Shown here in pieces: positions 42,889 through 52,794 of a stretch of DNA of 59,997 nt. The position numbers were made by a program, and so were the translations under genes. Under the pieces are notes generated by a model that was not told the DNA's origin, did no database searches, and was given only the letters and a program-made list of their open reading frames with translations. Origin of the DNA: a virus; IMG/VR virus record IMGVR_UViG_3300029535_000005, positions 1 to 59,997 of that record, one strand, 5' to 3'. Positions within the stretch are counted from its first letter, which is position 1. Every line of letters starts with the position of its first letter.

Positions 42889-42921
42889 GGACGGTAAGGT
42901 GTCACAGCCTACCGTCTTTTT
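42889..42921 (+). terminator. Intrinsic terminator after the endolysin gene
   Basis: GGACGGTAAGG ... CCTACCGTC followed by TTTTT. Confidence 0.7.
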
Positions 42922-42947
42922 ATTATGCGTAGAAAGTTGGTGCGGTC

Positions 42948-45900
42948 ATGGCAGATATTGATGAATTACAGATAAAAATTAAGGCTGATTCTGCAAAAGC
43001 GAGCGATTCCATTGATAAACTTGCATCAAGTTTGGATAGTCTTGGAAAAAGTCTATCATTTGATACCAGTAAACTTTCAAACATAGCATCTGGAATTAGA
43101 AGCATGTCTGACGCGGCAACAGGGTTTAAGGGTGCAAAATCAAAAGAGATTACATCACTTGCCACCGCATTAAGCAAATTCTCAAATGTAGACACATCAT
43201 CTTTCTATGGTATATCTGCGGCAATGAAAAATCTTGCGGCAGGAATGAAAGATACAAAAACGATTGATGCAAGTGGAATTATGAATACGGCGGCGGCACT
43301 GTCTAAAATGGGCGGAACGTTGGCTACTGTAGGAACAAGCAATCTAGTTAAAATTAAGGATGACCTTGCTTACTTTGTCAAAGGAATGAACAGCGTAGGG
43401 GCACTTAACTTTGATACAACAGGTTTGACCAATCTGATAGGAAGTATCAGCAGACTTGGTGGTAAAATTTCTACACAGGCGACAGCCAATTTGCCGCAAA
43501 TATCAGCGCAACTACAGAATTTTGTGCGCCAGATGAATAAAATCGGCGAACTGAAATTTGATATGACAAACATGAGTAGTCTTGTGACGTCTATATCAAG
43601 GTTAGGAAGCGTTGCGAGCGGCAGGGCAGTAAACAACATACCTTTGCTTGCAGATAATCTTAAATACCTGTTTGAGACTATTTCAAAAGCGCCTAACGTA
43701 AGCGCAAACATCATCCGGATGACAGAAGCACTTGCAAATTTGGCAAAAACAGGCGCATCATCCGGTAGAGCAGCAACATCTCTCGGAAAAAGTTTGAACA
43801 TTTTTAGTGGATCTGCGAACAAGGCGAAGAGTAGCAGCTTTAGTCTTGCGTCAGCATTTGGAAAACTATATGCATCATACTGGCTGTTATTCCGTGCTTT
43901 TTCAAAGATTAAGGATGCAATCGACATTTCATCTTCTTTGACAGAGGTTGAGAACGTTGTACGTACCACATTCGGCAATTATGAGAAGCTGATACAGGAC
44001 TTTTCAAAAACATCCATACAGGATTTTGGCATGTCAGAGTTGACCGCTAAACAGGTGGCAAGCCGATTCCAAGCTATGGGTACAGCCATGGGATTTTCAC
44101 AAGGAAAGATGGCTGACATGTCGCTACAGCTTACAAAGCTGACCGCGGATATGGCTTCTTTCTATGATATGGAGCAGTCTGACGTTGCTAGAAACTTGCA
44201 GGCAGTATTTACCGGAGAGACAGAGCCTTTAAGAAAATATGGTCTTGACCTCACACAGGCTACCCTTAAAGAGTGGGCTATGAAGCAGGGATTGGATGCT
44301 GACATTTCGTCTATGACGCAGGCAGAAAAGACCATGCTCCGGTATCAGTATGTTATGGCTAATACAGCCGCGGCGCAAGGAGACTTTGCGAGAACATCAG
44401 ACACATGGGCAAACCAGATAAGAATCCTTAAGCAGTCATTTGAACAGCTTGCGGCTATTATCGGTGGCGCATTAATTAACGCTTTTAAACCGTTTGTGCG
44501 AACTCTTAATGCAGTCATGCAGAAAGTTATTGCTTTTGCAACGACAGTAACCAATGCGTTAGGATCAATCTTCGGATGGAAATTTGAGATTTCTGCAGGT
44601 GGTTTTGCAGATGATTGGTCTGATGCAGCAGGTAGCGCGGCTGATATAGCAGACAGCACTGGACAGGCAGCGAAGAACGTTGAAAAGATGAATAAGGGCT
44701 TAAGAGCCTTTGACGAACTGAATCTGATTACCACTCCGGATAATTCAAGCGGATCTGGTTCTGGTGGTTCCGGCGGTGGTGGTGCATCCGGCGGTGGTGC
44801 GTCTGGTGGGCTGGTACAGGTAGATACCATTTTCAAAGACTATGAAAGCCAGATCAGAAGTTTGCGTGAACTTGGGGCATATATCAGCGATGCGCTATCA
44901 GATGCCATGGAATCTATTGACTGGGATAGAATTTATTCCAAGGCTAGAAATTTTGGAAAAGGGCTGGCAGATTTCCTTAATGGGCTTATTACACCAAGAT
45001 TGTTCGGAGATGTCGGCATGACGATTGCAAGTGCGCTTAACACAGCAATTTATTCAGCCTTGTCATTTGGAGAAGAATTTGACTGGACAAATCTTGGAGA
45101 TTCTATTGCCGCAGGAGTGAATCGCTTCTTTGAAACGTTTGATTTTTCGGCACTTGGTAGAACAATCAATACATGGGTTCATGGAATATATGACACTATT
45201 ACAACAGCAATTGGAAATATCAAGTGGTCAGAAGTATGGGATGGTGTAACGGATTTTTTGAGTGAAATTGATCTTGAGACAATATCTCTTATTATTGGAG
45301 CATTTGCACTTAAGTATGCAGGTAAAATTCTTACAGGTAAAATTCTTAAGGAAACGATAGGAAAACTGATTAGTGAGAAGTTTGTGGCGGCGTTTGGACA
45401 AGAGTCAGTAAAGTCAATTCTTTCTTATGTAGTTCCGATTTCACTTTCCGTTGCAGTTGGGGCGTTAACTTTTACTATTGGAAAAGACAGTATAAAAAAA
45501 GATGCAGAAAATCTAGTAAAAGCATATAAGGATGGTGGATTTTTACAATATTTGCAAGAAAGCTTAAAGCAGCTTATAAATCCGTTTGAGTGGATAAATG
45601 CATATGGTGGGGGCATTTTAAGTCAAAAAGGAATACTTGAGAGTTATTCAGACGGAGTTGACTTAAACATTAAGATGCCGAAAAAAGAAGATTATGCATC
45701 TTTAGATGAATACCAAAAGGCGCTAAACGATTTCAATAATAATGTTCCAGACAGCCTAAAAGTTCCAAGTAGCTTTGATTTAAAAGCATGGATAGATGAG
45801 TGGAAACAAATAAATGGTCTAGATAATGTGGACTTAAGAGCAGAAGTTGTTCTTCCAAACTTGAGAGAAAAAATATCTGGGTTTAAAGACGACGTAAAAG

Positions 45901-46880
45901 AATGGTGGGGATTATATGTTGAACTACCCGTTCGCAATAAATTAACAACAACTTTAGAGGATGTTTCTTCATGGTGGGAAGATGTAAAGGAATATTGGGG
46001 AGAAAAAAAGCTCTCAATACAGACAGAAATAGGAGAAATAAAAGGTAAAATAGAAGAAAAGTGGAATGAAGCATCTGAATACATTCAAGAAAATATTTTG
46101 CCTTGGTTTACTAAAGATCATTGGCTTGAAATAGGAAACGGAATAAAAGAAGGTCTTTCCACTAAATGGGAGGAATTCTCTACATGGTGGAGTGACACAG
46201 GTATAGCCGTTTGGTGGAACGAAAAAGTTTCTCCATGGTTTACAGTAAATACATGGAAAAGCCTTGGAGAAAATATAAGAAAAGGTCTATCTAAAAAGTG
46301 GGAGGAATTTACTGGATGGTGGGAAAACACCGGATTCTATAAGTGGTGGAATCAAGATGTTGCTCCAAAGTTTACAACAGACAAGTGGACATTTAGTGGT
46401 ATTTCAGATGGATTAAAAAATGCATGGAATAATGCTATAGCCGCTGTAAAGCACATATGGAACGGATTTGCAAACTGGATGAACTCAAAGCTTTCTTTTT
46501 CGTGGGACGCTGTAAACATTGCTGGAAAGCAGATTGTTGGAGCCGGAAGTATAAATCTTGGGAAAATTCCTACTTTTGCCGCCGGAGGATTTCCGAGCCA
46601 GTACAGTATGTTTATGGCGGGAGAAAATGGACGGGCAGAAATGCTGGGGACTGTTGGAGGGAAAACAGCGGTTGCCGGTGGACAGGAAATTACAGGTATT
46701 CGAGATGCAGTGTACAGTACGGCGCAACAGGAAATGGAATTGCTAAGACAGCAAAATCAGTTGCTTCAAGGAATTTTGGAAAAAGAATTTGGGATTACAT
46801 CCGAGCAGATCGGAAAAAGCGCTCGCAATTATGCAAAAGATTACTTTAACAGAACTGGAAGAGAAGCATATATTTTCTAA
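42948..46880 (+). CDS. Tape measure protein
   Basis: 1310 aa, helical and repetitive, with an internal Gly/Ser tract SGSGSGGSGGGGASGGGASGG. Confidence 0.9.
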   Translation: MADIDELQIKIKADSAKASDSIDKLASSLDSLGKSLSFDTSKLSNIASGIRSMSDAATGFKGAKSKEITSLATALSKFSNVDTSSFYGISAAMKNLAAGMKDTKTIDASGIMNTAAALSKMGGTLATVGTSNLVKIKDDLAYFVKGMNSVGALNFDTTGLTNLIGSISRLGGKISTQATANLPQISAQLQNFVRQMNKIGELKFDMTNMSSLVTSISRLGSVASGRAVNNIPLLADNLKYLFETISKAPNVSANIIRMTEALANLAKTGASSGRAATSLGKSLNIFSGSANKAKSSSFSLASAFGKLYASYWLLFRAFSKIKDAIDISSSLTEVENVVRTTFGNYEKLIQDFSKTSIQDFGMSELTAKQVASRFQAMGTAMGFSQGKMADMSLQLTKLTADMASFYDMEQSDVARNLQAVFTGETEPLRKYGLDLTQATLKEWAMKQGLDADISSMTQAEKTMLRYQYVMANTAAAQGDFARTSDTWANQIRILKQSFEQLAAIIGGALINAFKPFVRTLNAVMQKVIAFATTVTNALGSIFGWKFEISAGGFADDWSDAAGSAADIADSTGQAAKNVEKMNKGLRAFDELNLITTPDNSSGSGSGGSGGGGASGGGASGGLVQVDTIFKDYESQIRSLRELGAYISDALSDAMESIDWDRIYSKARNFGKGLADFLNGLITPRLFGDVGMTIASALNTAIYSALSFGEEFDWTNLGDSIAAGVNRFFETFDFSALGRTINTWVHGIYDTITTAIGNIKWSEVWDGVTDFLSEIDLETISLIIGAFALKYAGKILTGKILKETIGKLISEKFVAAFGQESVKSILSYVVPISLSVAVGALTFTIGKDSIKKDAENLVKAYKDGGFLQYLQESLKQLINPFEWINAYGGGILSQKGILESYSDGVDLNIKMPKKEDYASLDEYQKALNDFNNNVPDSLKVPSSFDLKAWIDEWKQINGLDNVDLRAEVVLPNLREKISGFKDDVKEWWGLYVELPVRNKLTTTLEDVSSWWEDVKEYWGEKKLSIQTEIGEIKGKIEEKWNEASEYIQENILPWFTKDHWLEIGNGIKEGLSTKWEEFSTWWSDTGIAVWWNEKVSPWFTVNTWKSLGENIRKGLSKKWEEFTGWWENTGFYKWWNQDVAPKFTTDKWTFSGISDGLKNAWNNAIAAVKHIWNGFANWMNSKLSFSWDAVNIAGKQIVGAGSINLGKIPTFAAGGFPSQYSMFMAGENGRAEMLGTVGGKTAVAGGQEITGIRDAVYSTAQQEMELLRQQNQLLQGILEKEFGITSEQIGKSARNYAKDYFNRTGREAYIF

Positions 46881-46939
46881 TGACAAATACCGCCACTTGT
46901 GGTAGAATCATTTTATTACAAGTGGCGGGAGGGTAACAC

Positions 46940-47443
46940 ATGGCGTTGATTAAATGTCCTGAATGTGGAAAAGAAATTTCAGACAAAGCAGAAATGTGTA
47001 TCAATTGCGGATTTCCGTTGAAACAACACGAAAACAATGAAATGTCTGCGGGGAAAAGTGAATTTTATAAATCATACGAACAAGAAAACGAAAATGATAG
47101 AGGGTGGGAACGCCCAAAAGAGCCAGAGATTACAGGTGTTGGAAAATTATTCTTAAGAAATTCTGTTGAAAGATTTCAAAACACGGGATTTAATGGTATA
47201 TATAAATATACTTTATTCGGAGAAAAAAAAGAGGTTTACTGTCCAAGATGTGGGAGCGAAAATTGTTCTCATTATACGGAGCAGAAATTTGTACCAGGAA
47301 AAACAAAGACAAGATACACTGCAAATCTAAATCCATTTAAACCGTTTACTTTAGTAAATAAAAAGGAAAAGATTTTGAGAAAAGATCAAACATATGAAAT
47401 AAATAAAATTATATGTAATGATTGTGGCTACACTTTCATATAA
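46940..47443 (+). CDS. Zinc-ribbon domain protein
   Basis: MALIKCPECGKEISDKAEMCINCGFPL, with CPRCGSENC and CNDCG further on. Confidence 0.65.
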   Translation: MALIKCPECGKEISDKAEMCINCGFPLKQHENNEMSAGKSEFYKSYEQENENDRGWERPKEPEITGVGKLFLRNSVERFQNTGFNGIYKYTLFGEKKEVYCPRCGSENCSHYTEQKFVPGKTKTRYTANLNPFKPFTLVNKKEKILRKDQTYEINKIICNDCGYTFI

Positions 47444-47471
47444 ATTTGGATTTAATATGTGGAGAATTACG

Positions 47472-47939
47472 ATGGAGAATAGGGAGTCTGAATCAGAACT
47501 AAATGAGTGCAAAAAGAAGTTGAATAAAGCACATCAAACGATAGAAGAATTGAAAATTAAGATGACGCAAGATAAAAAGAATTACAAATGGGAAATAAGA
47601 GAGTTAAATAAAGAAAAAGATGCATTAAAGGCGCACAATACTGATCTTTTTAATCGGGAGTCAAACGCGCTTATTCGTGCGGACGATTTGGAAAAAGAGA
47701 ATATTGCATTGAAAAAAGAGAAAAAGAAATTGGAAATAAAAATAGAAAAACTGGAAAAAGAGAACGAAAACTTATTGAAGAAAAAGGATGAATGTACTAG
47801 GGATGCAGATTGGGAAAGGCTGGGGAAACGGGTATATAAGAGGGAGCGCAGAGATGCGCTTCTTTTCATTTTTAAATTCAATAGGAGGTATATATGGAAA
47901 AACAGGAAATCAAGATTACATATGGGAACACGGAAGTAA
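47472..47939 (+). CDS. Lys/Glu-rich coiled-coil protein
   Basis: GGAGAA RBS. The C-terminal about 15 aa may be read-through into the next small ORF. Confidence 0.5.
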   Translation: MENRESESELNECKKKLNKAHQTIEELKIKMTQDKKNYKWEIRELNKEKDALKAHNTDLFNRESNALIRADDLEKENIALKKEKKKLEIKIEKLEKENENLLKKKDECTRDADWERLGKRVYKRERRDALLFIFKFNRRYIWKNRKSRLHMGTRK

Positions 47940-47998
47940 CTCACACGTCGGAGAAAATTTTGATTAAAGCGCCCAATATTGAAGTAATCACAAAATAG
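47894..47998 (+). CDS. Possible 34-aa protein
   Basis: Strong RBS ATAGGAGGTATAT directly upstream of the ATG. Confidence 0.3.
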   Translation: MEKQEIKITYGNTEVTHTSEKILIKAPNIEVITK

Positions 47999-48072
47999 AT
48001 AAAGAAAGAAAAGCAGCATCTATCAAATTGGTGGTAGGTGCTATTTTTATACTCATTTTTAGGAGAATAGTC

Positions 48073-48243
48073 ATGAAAAAATATAAACCAATAGACTGGA
48101 GCAAGTGCCCGGAAAGTCGCACACCAATAGGAAATCCGAATAATTGCGTCGTGGCGGATATTCTGCCGGACGGAAAAACTGAAATCTTATTTTTAAGTGA
48201 TAATAACGGTGCTCATATTTGCAAAACTGAAAAGAAAACTTGA
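48073..48243 (+). CDS. Small hypothetical protein (56 aa)
   Basis: TAGGAGAATAGTC precedes the ATG. Confidence 0.45.
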   Translation: MKKYKPIDWSKCPESRTPIGNPNNCVVADILPDGKTEILFLSDNNGAHICKTEKKT

Positions 48244-48258
48244 TTGGAGGTGTTCGGC

Positions 48259-48675
48259 ATGGCGTACAGCGGTTGGTTGTTAAAGATTGGAAATTATACA
48301 GTTCCAATGTCTTTTATGAAACCAGAGACATATAGCCCATATGTGAATATGCAGGACTTGGACGATTATACGGATGCCAACGGATATCTACATAGAAATG
48401 CCGTGGAATTAAAGGCGTTAAAAGTTGAGTTTGAAACACGGGCTATGCTTACAAACACGGAATTTAATGCCATTATAAGTAAAATCCGCCAGCAGTTTAC
48501 TAATGCAACCGGAAGAGCCTGCTATATTACGGCGTACATACCGGAGTATGACGATTATGTAACACAGTATGGTTACATGGCAGATTTTCAGCCTACGATA
48601 TACGGAACGTATGGCGGTCAAATCCATTACAACTCTGTAAGACTTGCATTTATAGGGGGTGTATACGATGGTTAA
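48259..48675 (+). CDS. Small tail protein (distal-tail position)
   Basis: GGAGGTG RBS. It lies in the usual position between the tape measure and the tail-tip protein. Confidence 0.6.
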   Translation: MAYSGWLLKIGNYTVPMSFMKPETYSPYVNMQDLDDYTDANGYLHRNAVELKALKVEFETRAMLTNTEFNAIISKIRQQFTNATGRACYITAYIPEYDDYVTQYGYMADFQPTIYGTYGGQIHYNSVRLAFIGGVYDG

Positions 48676-50830
48676 TTACCAATATTCAAGCCTGTTTTTA
48701 AAGGACAGCGTAGACAAACAGTTAAACATCGTATCTGATGATGGGAAAATCAATATCACAAACACCGAACTACACCAAGAAAAATTTGAATTGACAGAAA
48801 GCTTGTGTTCGGAATCTGAATTAACATTCGGGGCATGTGAAGCCGGTATGATTAAATTCACGGTGTCCAATGTATTCTTGCCAATGAAAGGAAAGTGGTT
48901 GACTGCAAAGATGACTCTTGATGGTCACGAAGATAAACCATTCCAAATAGGAAGATACAAGGTTTATTCTGACACACCTACGGCAGATCGGACGTGCCGG
49001 GATGTGGTAGCTTACGATGTTTTGTATGATATTTTATCATCTGATGTTACTGATTGGTACAATCAGATACTTCCACAAAAAGATAGCAAGGTAACTCTCA
49101 AACAATTCAGAGATAGCTTTTTTAATCATTTTGGAGTGGAACAGGAAGAAGTATCTCTTGTAAATGATGAAATGATTATTGAAAAAACTGTAGAAGTGAA
49201 AGCATCAAGTAGCGGAAGTTCAGATACCGCAGAGACAAACACGATAGGCGAAGCCATAAGCGGAAAAGAGGTTTTGTCTTGTATACTTGAAATTAACGGT
49301 TGTATGGGAAATATCGGGCGCGTTGGAAAGTTTCGCTATGTGTACTTAACGCAAGAGATGCAGGGGCTTTATCCGGCGAATGATCTTTACCCGGCGGATG
49401 ATCTTTATCCTAGAAATCCAAAGAGCACCAGCATAAGTAAAAGTCAGTACATTTCAGCACAATATGAAGATTATATTGTCAGAACGATTGACAAATTGCA
49501 AATTCGTGAAAAAGAGAATGATATAGGAGTGATTGTAGGTGATGGCAAAAACACTTATGTGATCGAGGGAAATTTCCTTGTTTATGGGAAAGGGACAAAG
49601 GAATTAAACGAAATTGGAGAAAAAACGTTATCAAAGATAAAAGGAATTATATACAGACCATTTAGTGCTGACTGCAAAGGAAATCCATGCTTTGAGGTTG
49701 GAGATGCGGTGCGGCTGCAGACCCGGTATGAATTGATCGAATCGTACATCTTAAAGCACACGCTGAAAGGTATACAGGCACTAAGGGACAGTCTGGAAGC
49801 TGACGGGGAAGAGTATAGGACAAGCAAAGTCAACGGCGTTCAGAGAAGTATCCTGCAGCTTAAGGGGAAGAGCAATACTCTCGAACGGTCGATTGAGGAA
49901 ACGAAGTCAACGATTGTTGATGTGGAAAAAGGTTTGCAGTCACAGATTACACAGACTGCATCAGAAATCCGGGCAGAGGTAAAAAATACCACAGATGGGT
50001 TATCATCACGGATTACCCAGAATGCGAGTAGCATTACTGCAGAGGTCAACCGGGCAACGAGCGCCGAGGGTACGCTATCCAGTAAGATCAGCCAGACGGC
50101 AGAGAGCATTACTGCAGAGGTCAACCGGGCAACGGAAAAAGAAGGACAGCTTGCGGCGGCAATACAGGTCAATGCAGAGGGGATCACAAGCAAAGTTTCC
50201 CGGGACAGTGTCGTTTCGGAAATTAACCAGTCAGCAGAGGGAATAAAGATTAGAGCTGATTTACTGGAACTCAGGGGATCTGTGGAGATGACCGGTGGGT
50301 ATGTGCATATTGACGCGACAGAGAGTACGGACAACTTGGTTGAACTGAAACGGGAAGGAACTCTCGTGCAGATAGGAACGGATGGTTTGAAGTCAGCAGC
50401 AGATACGAGAGAACTCACGGCAAGTTACTCTGCTGTGGCGGTGCGTGACACGTCGGCAAACACCATAGCGCAAATGCTCTCAAGTGGAAAAGGAATCTCG
50501 TCCTACGGCTGGGAATCCTATTCGGACAAGCGTCTAAAACACGGTATAGAATCCCTTGACCGGGAGAAGAGCGCAGTGCTTATACAGTCCTTGCGCCCTT
50601 GCAGATTTGTTTATAACTACGACCGGGACGGTCATTACCGGCATGGTCTGATTGCGCAGGAAGTGCTGGCGGCGATTGGAGATGAAGACTGGGCGATCTG
50701 CTCCGAAAATCCAGATCCAGACGGCAATATCTATTATGCGCTTGACAAAACAGAACTAATCGCTGATCTGATTGCTACAGTGCAGCTATTACAAGAAAAT
50801 CTGGAAGAAGTAAAAAAGAGAGTAGGGTAA
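48668..50830 (+). CDS. Tail-tip or tail-fiber protein with a C-terminal S74-type intramolecular chaperone domain
   Basis: The C-terminal YSDKRLKHGIESLDREKSAVLIQSLRPCRFVYNYD...GLIAQEV pattern. Internal I-x-Q-x-A-x-x-I-x-A-E-V repeats. Confidence 0.8.
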   Translation: MVNYQYSSLFLKDSVDKQLNIVSDDGKINITNTELHQEKFELTESLCSESELTFGACEAGMIKFTVSNVFLPMKGKWLTAKMTLDGHEDKPFQIGRYKVYSDTPTADRTCRDVVAYDVLYDILSSDVTDWYNQILPQKDSKVTLKQFRDSFFNHFGVEQEEVSLVNDEMIIEKTVEVKASSSGSSDTAETNTIGEAISGKEVLSCILEINGCMGNIGRVGKFRYVYLTQEMQGLYPANDLYPADDLYPRNPKSTSISKSQYISAQYEDYIVRTIDKLQIREKENDIGVIVGDGKNTYVIEGNFLVYGKGTKELNEIGEKTLSKIKGIIYRPFSADCKGNPCFEVGDAVRLQTRYELIESYILKHTLKGIQALRDSLEADGEEYRTSKVNGVQRSILQLKGKSNTLERSIEETKSTIVDVEKGLQSQITQTASEIRAEVKNTTDGLSSRITQNASSITAEVNRATSAEGTLSSKISQTAESITAEVNRATEKEGQLAAAIQVNAEGITSKVSRDSVVSEINQSAEGIKIRADLLELRGSVEMTGGYVHIDATESTDNLVELKREGTLVQIGTDGLKSAADTRELTASYSAVAVRDTSANTIAQMLSSGKGISSYGWESYSDKRLKHGIESLDREKSAVLIQSLRPCRFVYNYDRDGHYRHGLIAQEVLAAIGDEDWAICSENPDPDGNIYYALDKTELIADLIATVQLLQENLEEVKKRVG

Positions 50831-50834
50831 GAAT

Positions 50835-51035
50835 ATGGTCAATGCCAAAATTCGTGAATTTGAAAATGATATTATAAATTACATCAATGCGAATAGTGAT
50901 ATTCCAATAGAAGTTAAACATCTGGTGATTAAGGATATTTTACACCAGGTAGAAGCGGAAGCAAACCGGCACGTTATCGCCGAGCGGGAGCAGATGCAGG
51001 AAAATCTTAAAAAGGAGAGCGAGGATCATGAATAA
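50835..51035 (+). CDS. Hypothetical protein
   Basis: 66-aa ORF. Confidence 0.55.
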   Translation: MVNAKIREFENDIINYINANSDIPIEVKHLVIKDILHQVEAEANRHVIAEREQMQENLKKESEDHE

Positions 51036-52794
51036 AGCATATAACCGTATCAACTGGGAGAATTACCCAAGCGATGCTACGCCTTTGAATGAAGCGAATC
51101 TCAACAGTTTGGACAGTGCCACAGATACCATTGACGACCGTGTGATTACGCTTGACACAACCAAGGCAACAAAAACAGAGGTTGCTACACTTGTATCAGA
51201 TGTGACATTTGAGGAATCTACAGGAATTATTACCATTACGAAGAAAAATGGCTCTAGGGTTACCATTGACACACAGATGGAGAAAATTGCTGTCAACTTT
51301 ACTTATAACCCGACTACACAGCAGATTATACTGACTCTGATCGATGGCACGAAGCAGTACATAGATTTATCGGCGCTGATTACGCAGTATGAATTTTTAG
51401 ACACGGATACAGTAGCATTTATCATCGATACAGACGGCAAGGTGTCAGCTATCGTAAAAGAGGGAAGCATCAAAGAAGAACATCTGGAACCAAACTATCT
51501 GGCAAAGGTCAAAGTAGAGGTTGCAAAGGCGCAAACAAGCGCAAGCAATGCTGCAACATCCGAGGATAATGCAAGAAGTGCGGCAACAGAGGCGCAGGAT
51601 AGTGCGACAGCGGCGGCAACATCCAAAAGCAATGCACAGACAAGTGCGGCGGCAGCGGCACAATCAGAATCTAATGCAAAGGCATCTGAGAATGTGGCAA
51701 AATCAAGCAGAGATTCAGCTGTTGAATCAGCACAGACCGCGACAGCGGCGGCAACATCCGCCAGTGAATCAGCAATTACAGCTAGTGAGAAAGCCGATAT
51801 TGCCACACGAAAAGCAACAGAAATTATCGGAAAAGCAGAATCTGCAGCAGATAGTGCAACCAAAGCACAGAGTTATGCCGTTGGCGGTACCGGCAGCCGG
51901 GAGGGAGAGGACTCTGATAATGCTAAATATTATTATCAGCAGGCAAAAGACGTATCAGAGGGACTAAAAGGTGGATTGCAGCCGCATGGCACGGTGGCTT
52001 TTGCAGATCTTCCGGCGCTTCCGGATGTCAATGCAGGATGGATGTACAATATTTCGGATGAATTTACGACCACGGACGATTTTAAAGAGGGCTCCGGCAA
52101 TGCAGTTCCCGCCGGCGCGAATATCTACAAAACGTCAGACGGAAAGTGGGATGTTCTGGCCGGTACCCCGGTGACGGGGGTCAAGGGTGCAAAAGAAACA
52201 TCCTATCGGCGAGGAAATGTCAATCTCACCCCAGAAAACATTGGGGCAGTAGCGACAGGTGGAGACACAGCGAGCAATGTCACATCATTTACAAGTAGTG
52301 ATGTGGCAGATGGATCAGCGCCATCGTGGACAAACGTTGCTACACTGACAAGTGGCGAAACGCATACTTCTCTTTTTGCGAAGGTATCGCAGATGTTTAA
52401 AAACGTGCGGTACTTGTATAAGATGTTCGGTACTACCGACATATCCTCTATTGGTGGCGGAACGGTAACGGGGGCTATCTCGTCGCAAAACAAAGCTTTA
52501 GCGCAAACTGTATTTTACGTTAATTCAAATAAAGAGCATACACCGGCATCTATAGTGGCCATATCTCGTCCTATAGCTTATACTAACGGAGTAGCAGAAC
52601 TTGACATATCGAGTTTTAAAATAACACCTATAATAGTGTTGTCTGTCAACGTTTTAGGATCGGAGATTACTCATGGTGCTCTTGCAAAAACGATTAACAA
52701 TGGGACTGCTCTTCGTTCTGTGCTGAATAACACGGAGTACAATGGCACGCTGATCACAGTTTTTACGGTAATGTGTTCTATGCCAGACGTATAG
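51028..52794 (+). CDS. Tail fiber or receptor-binding protein
   Basis: 588 aa. Ala/Ser/Thr-rich coiled segment (AKAQTSASNAATSEDNARSAATEAQDSATAAATS...) followed by globular C-terminal domains. Confidence 0.7.
   Translation: MNKAYNRINWENYPSDATPLNEANLNSLDSATDTIDDRVITLDTTKATKTEVATLVSDVTFEESTGIITITKKNGSRVTIDTQMEKIAVNFTYNPTTQQIILTLIDGTKQYIDLSALITQYEFLDTDTVAFIIDTDGKVSAIVKEGSIKEEHLEPNYLAKVKVEVAKAQTSASNAATSEDNARSAATEAQDSATAAATSKSNAQTSAAAAAQSESNAKASENVAKSSRDSAVESAQTATAAATSASESAITASEKADIATRKATEIIGKAESAADSATKAQSYAVGGTGSREGEDSDNAKYYYQQAKDVSEGLKGGLQPHGTVAFADLPALPDVNAGWMYNISDEFTTTDDFKEGSGNAVPAGANIYKTSDGKWDVLAGTPVTGVKGAKETSYRRGNVNLTPENIGAVATGGDTASNVTSFTSSDVADGSAPSWTNVATLTSGETHTSLFAKVSQMFKNVRYLYKMFGTTDISSIGGGTVTGAISSQNKALAQTVFYVNSNKEHTPASIVAISRPIAYTNGVAELDISSFKITPIIVLSVNVLGSEITHGALAKTINNGTALRSVLNNTEYNGTLITVFTVMCSMPDV

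Noticed and set aside
43370-44836. Long antisense ORFs within the tape measure gene (43370..43978, 44345..44836), and similar ones in other genes (49840..50418, 57757..58491, 18892..19500, 51495..51863)
   Set aside because: They are fully contained antisense in long, well-supported genes with biased composition. They have no RBS or independent support.
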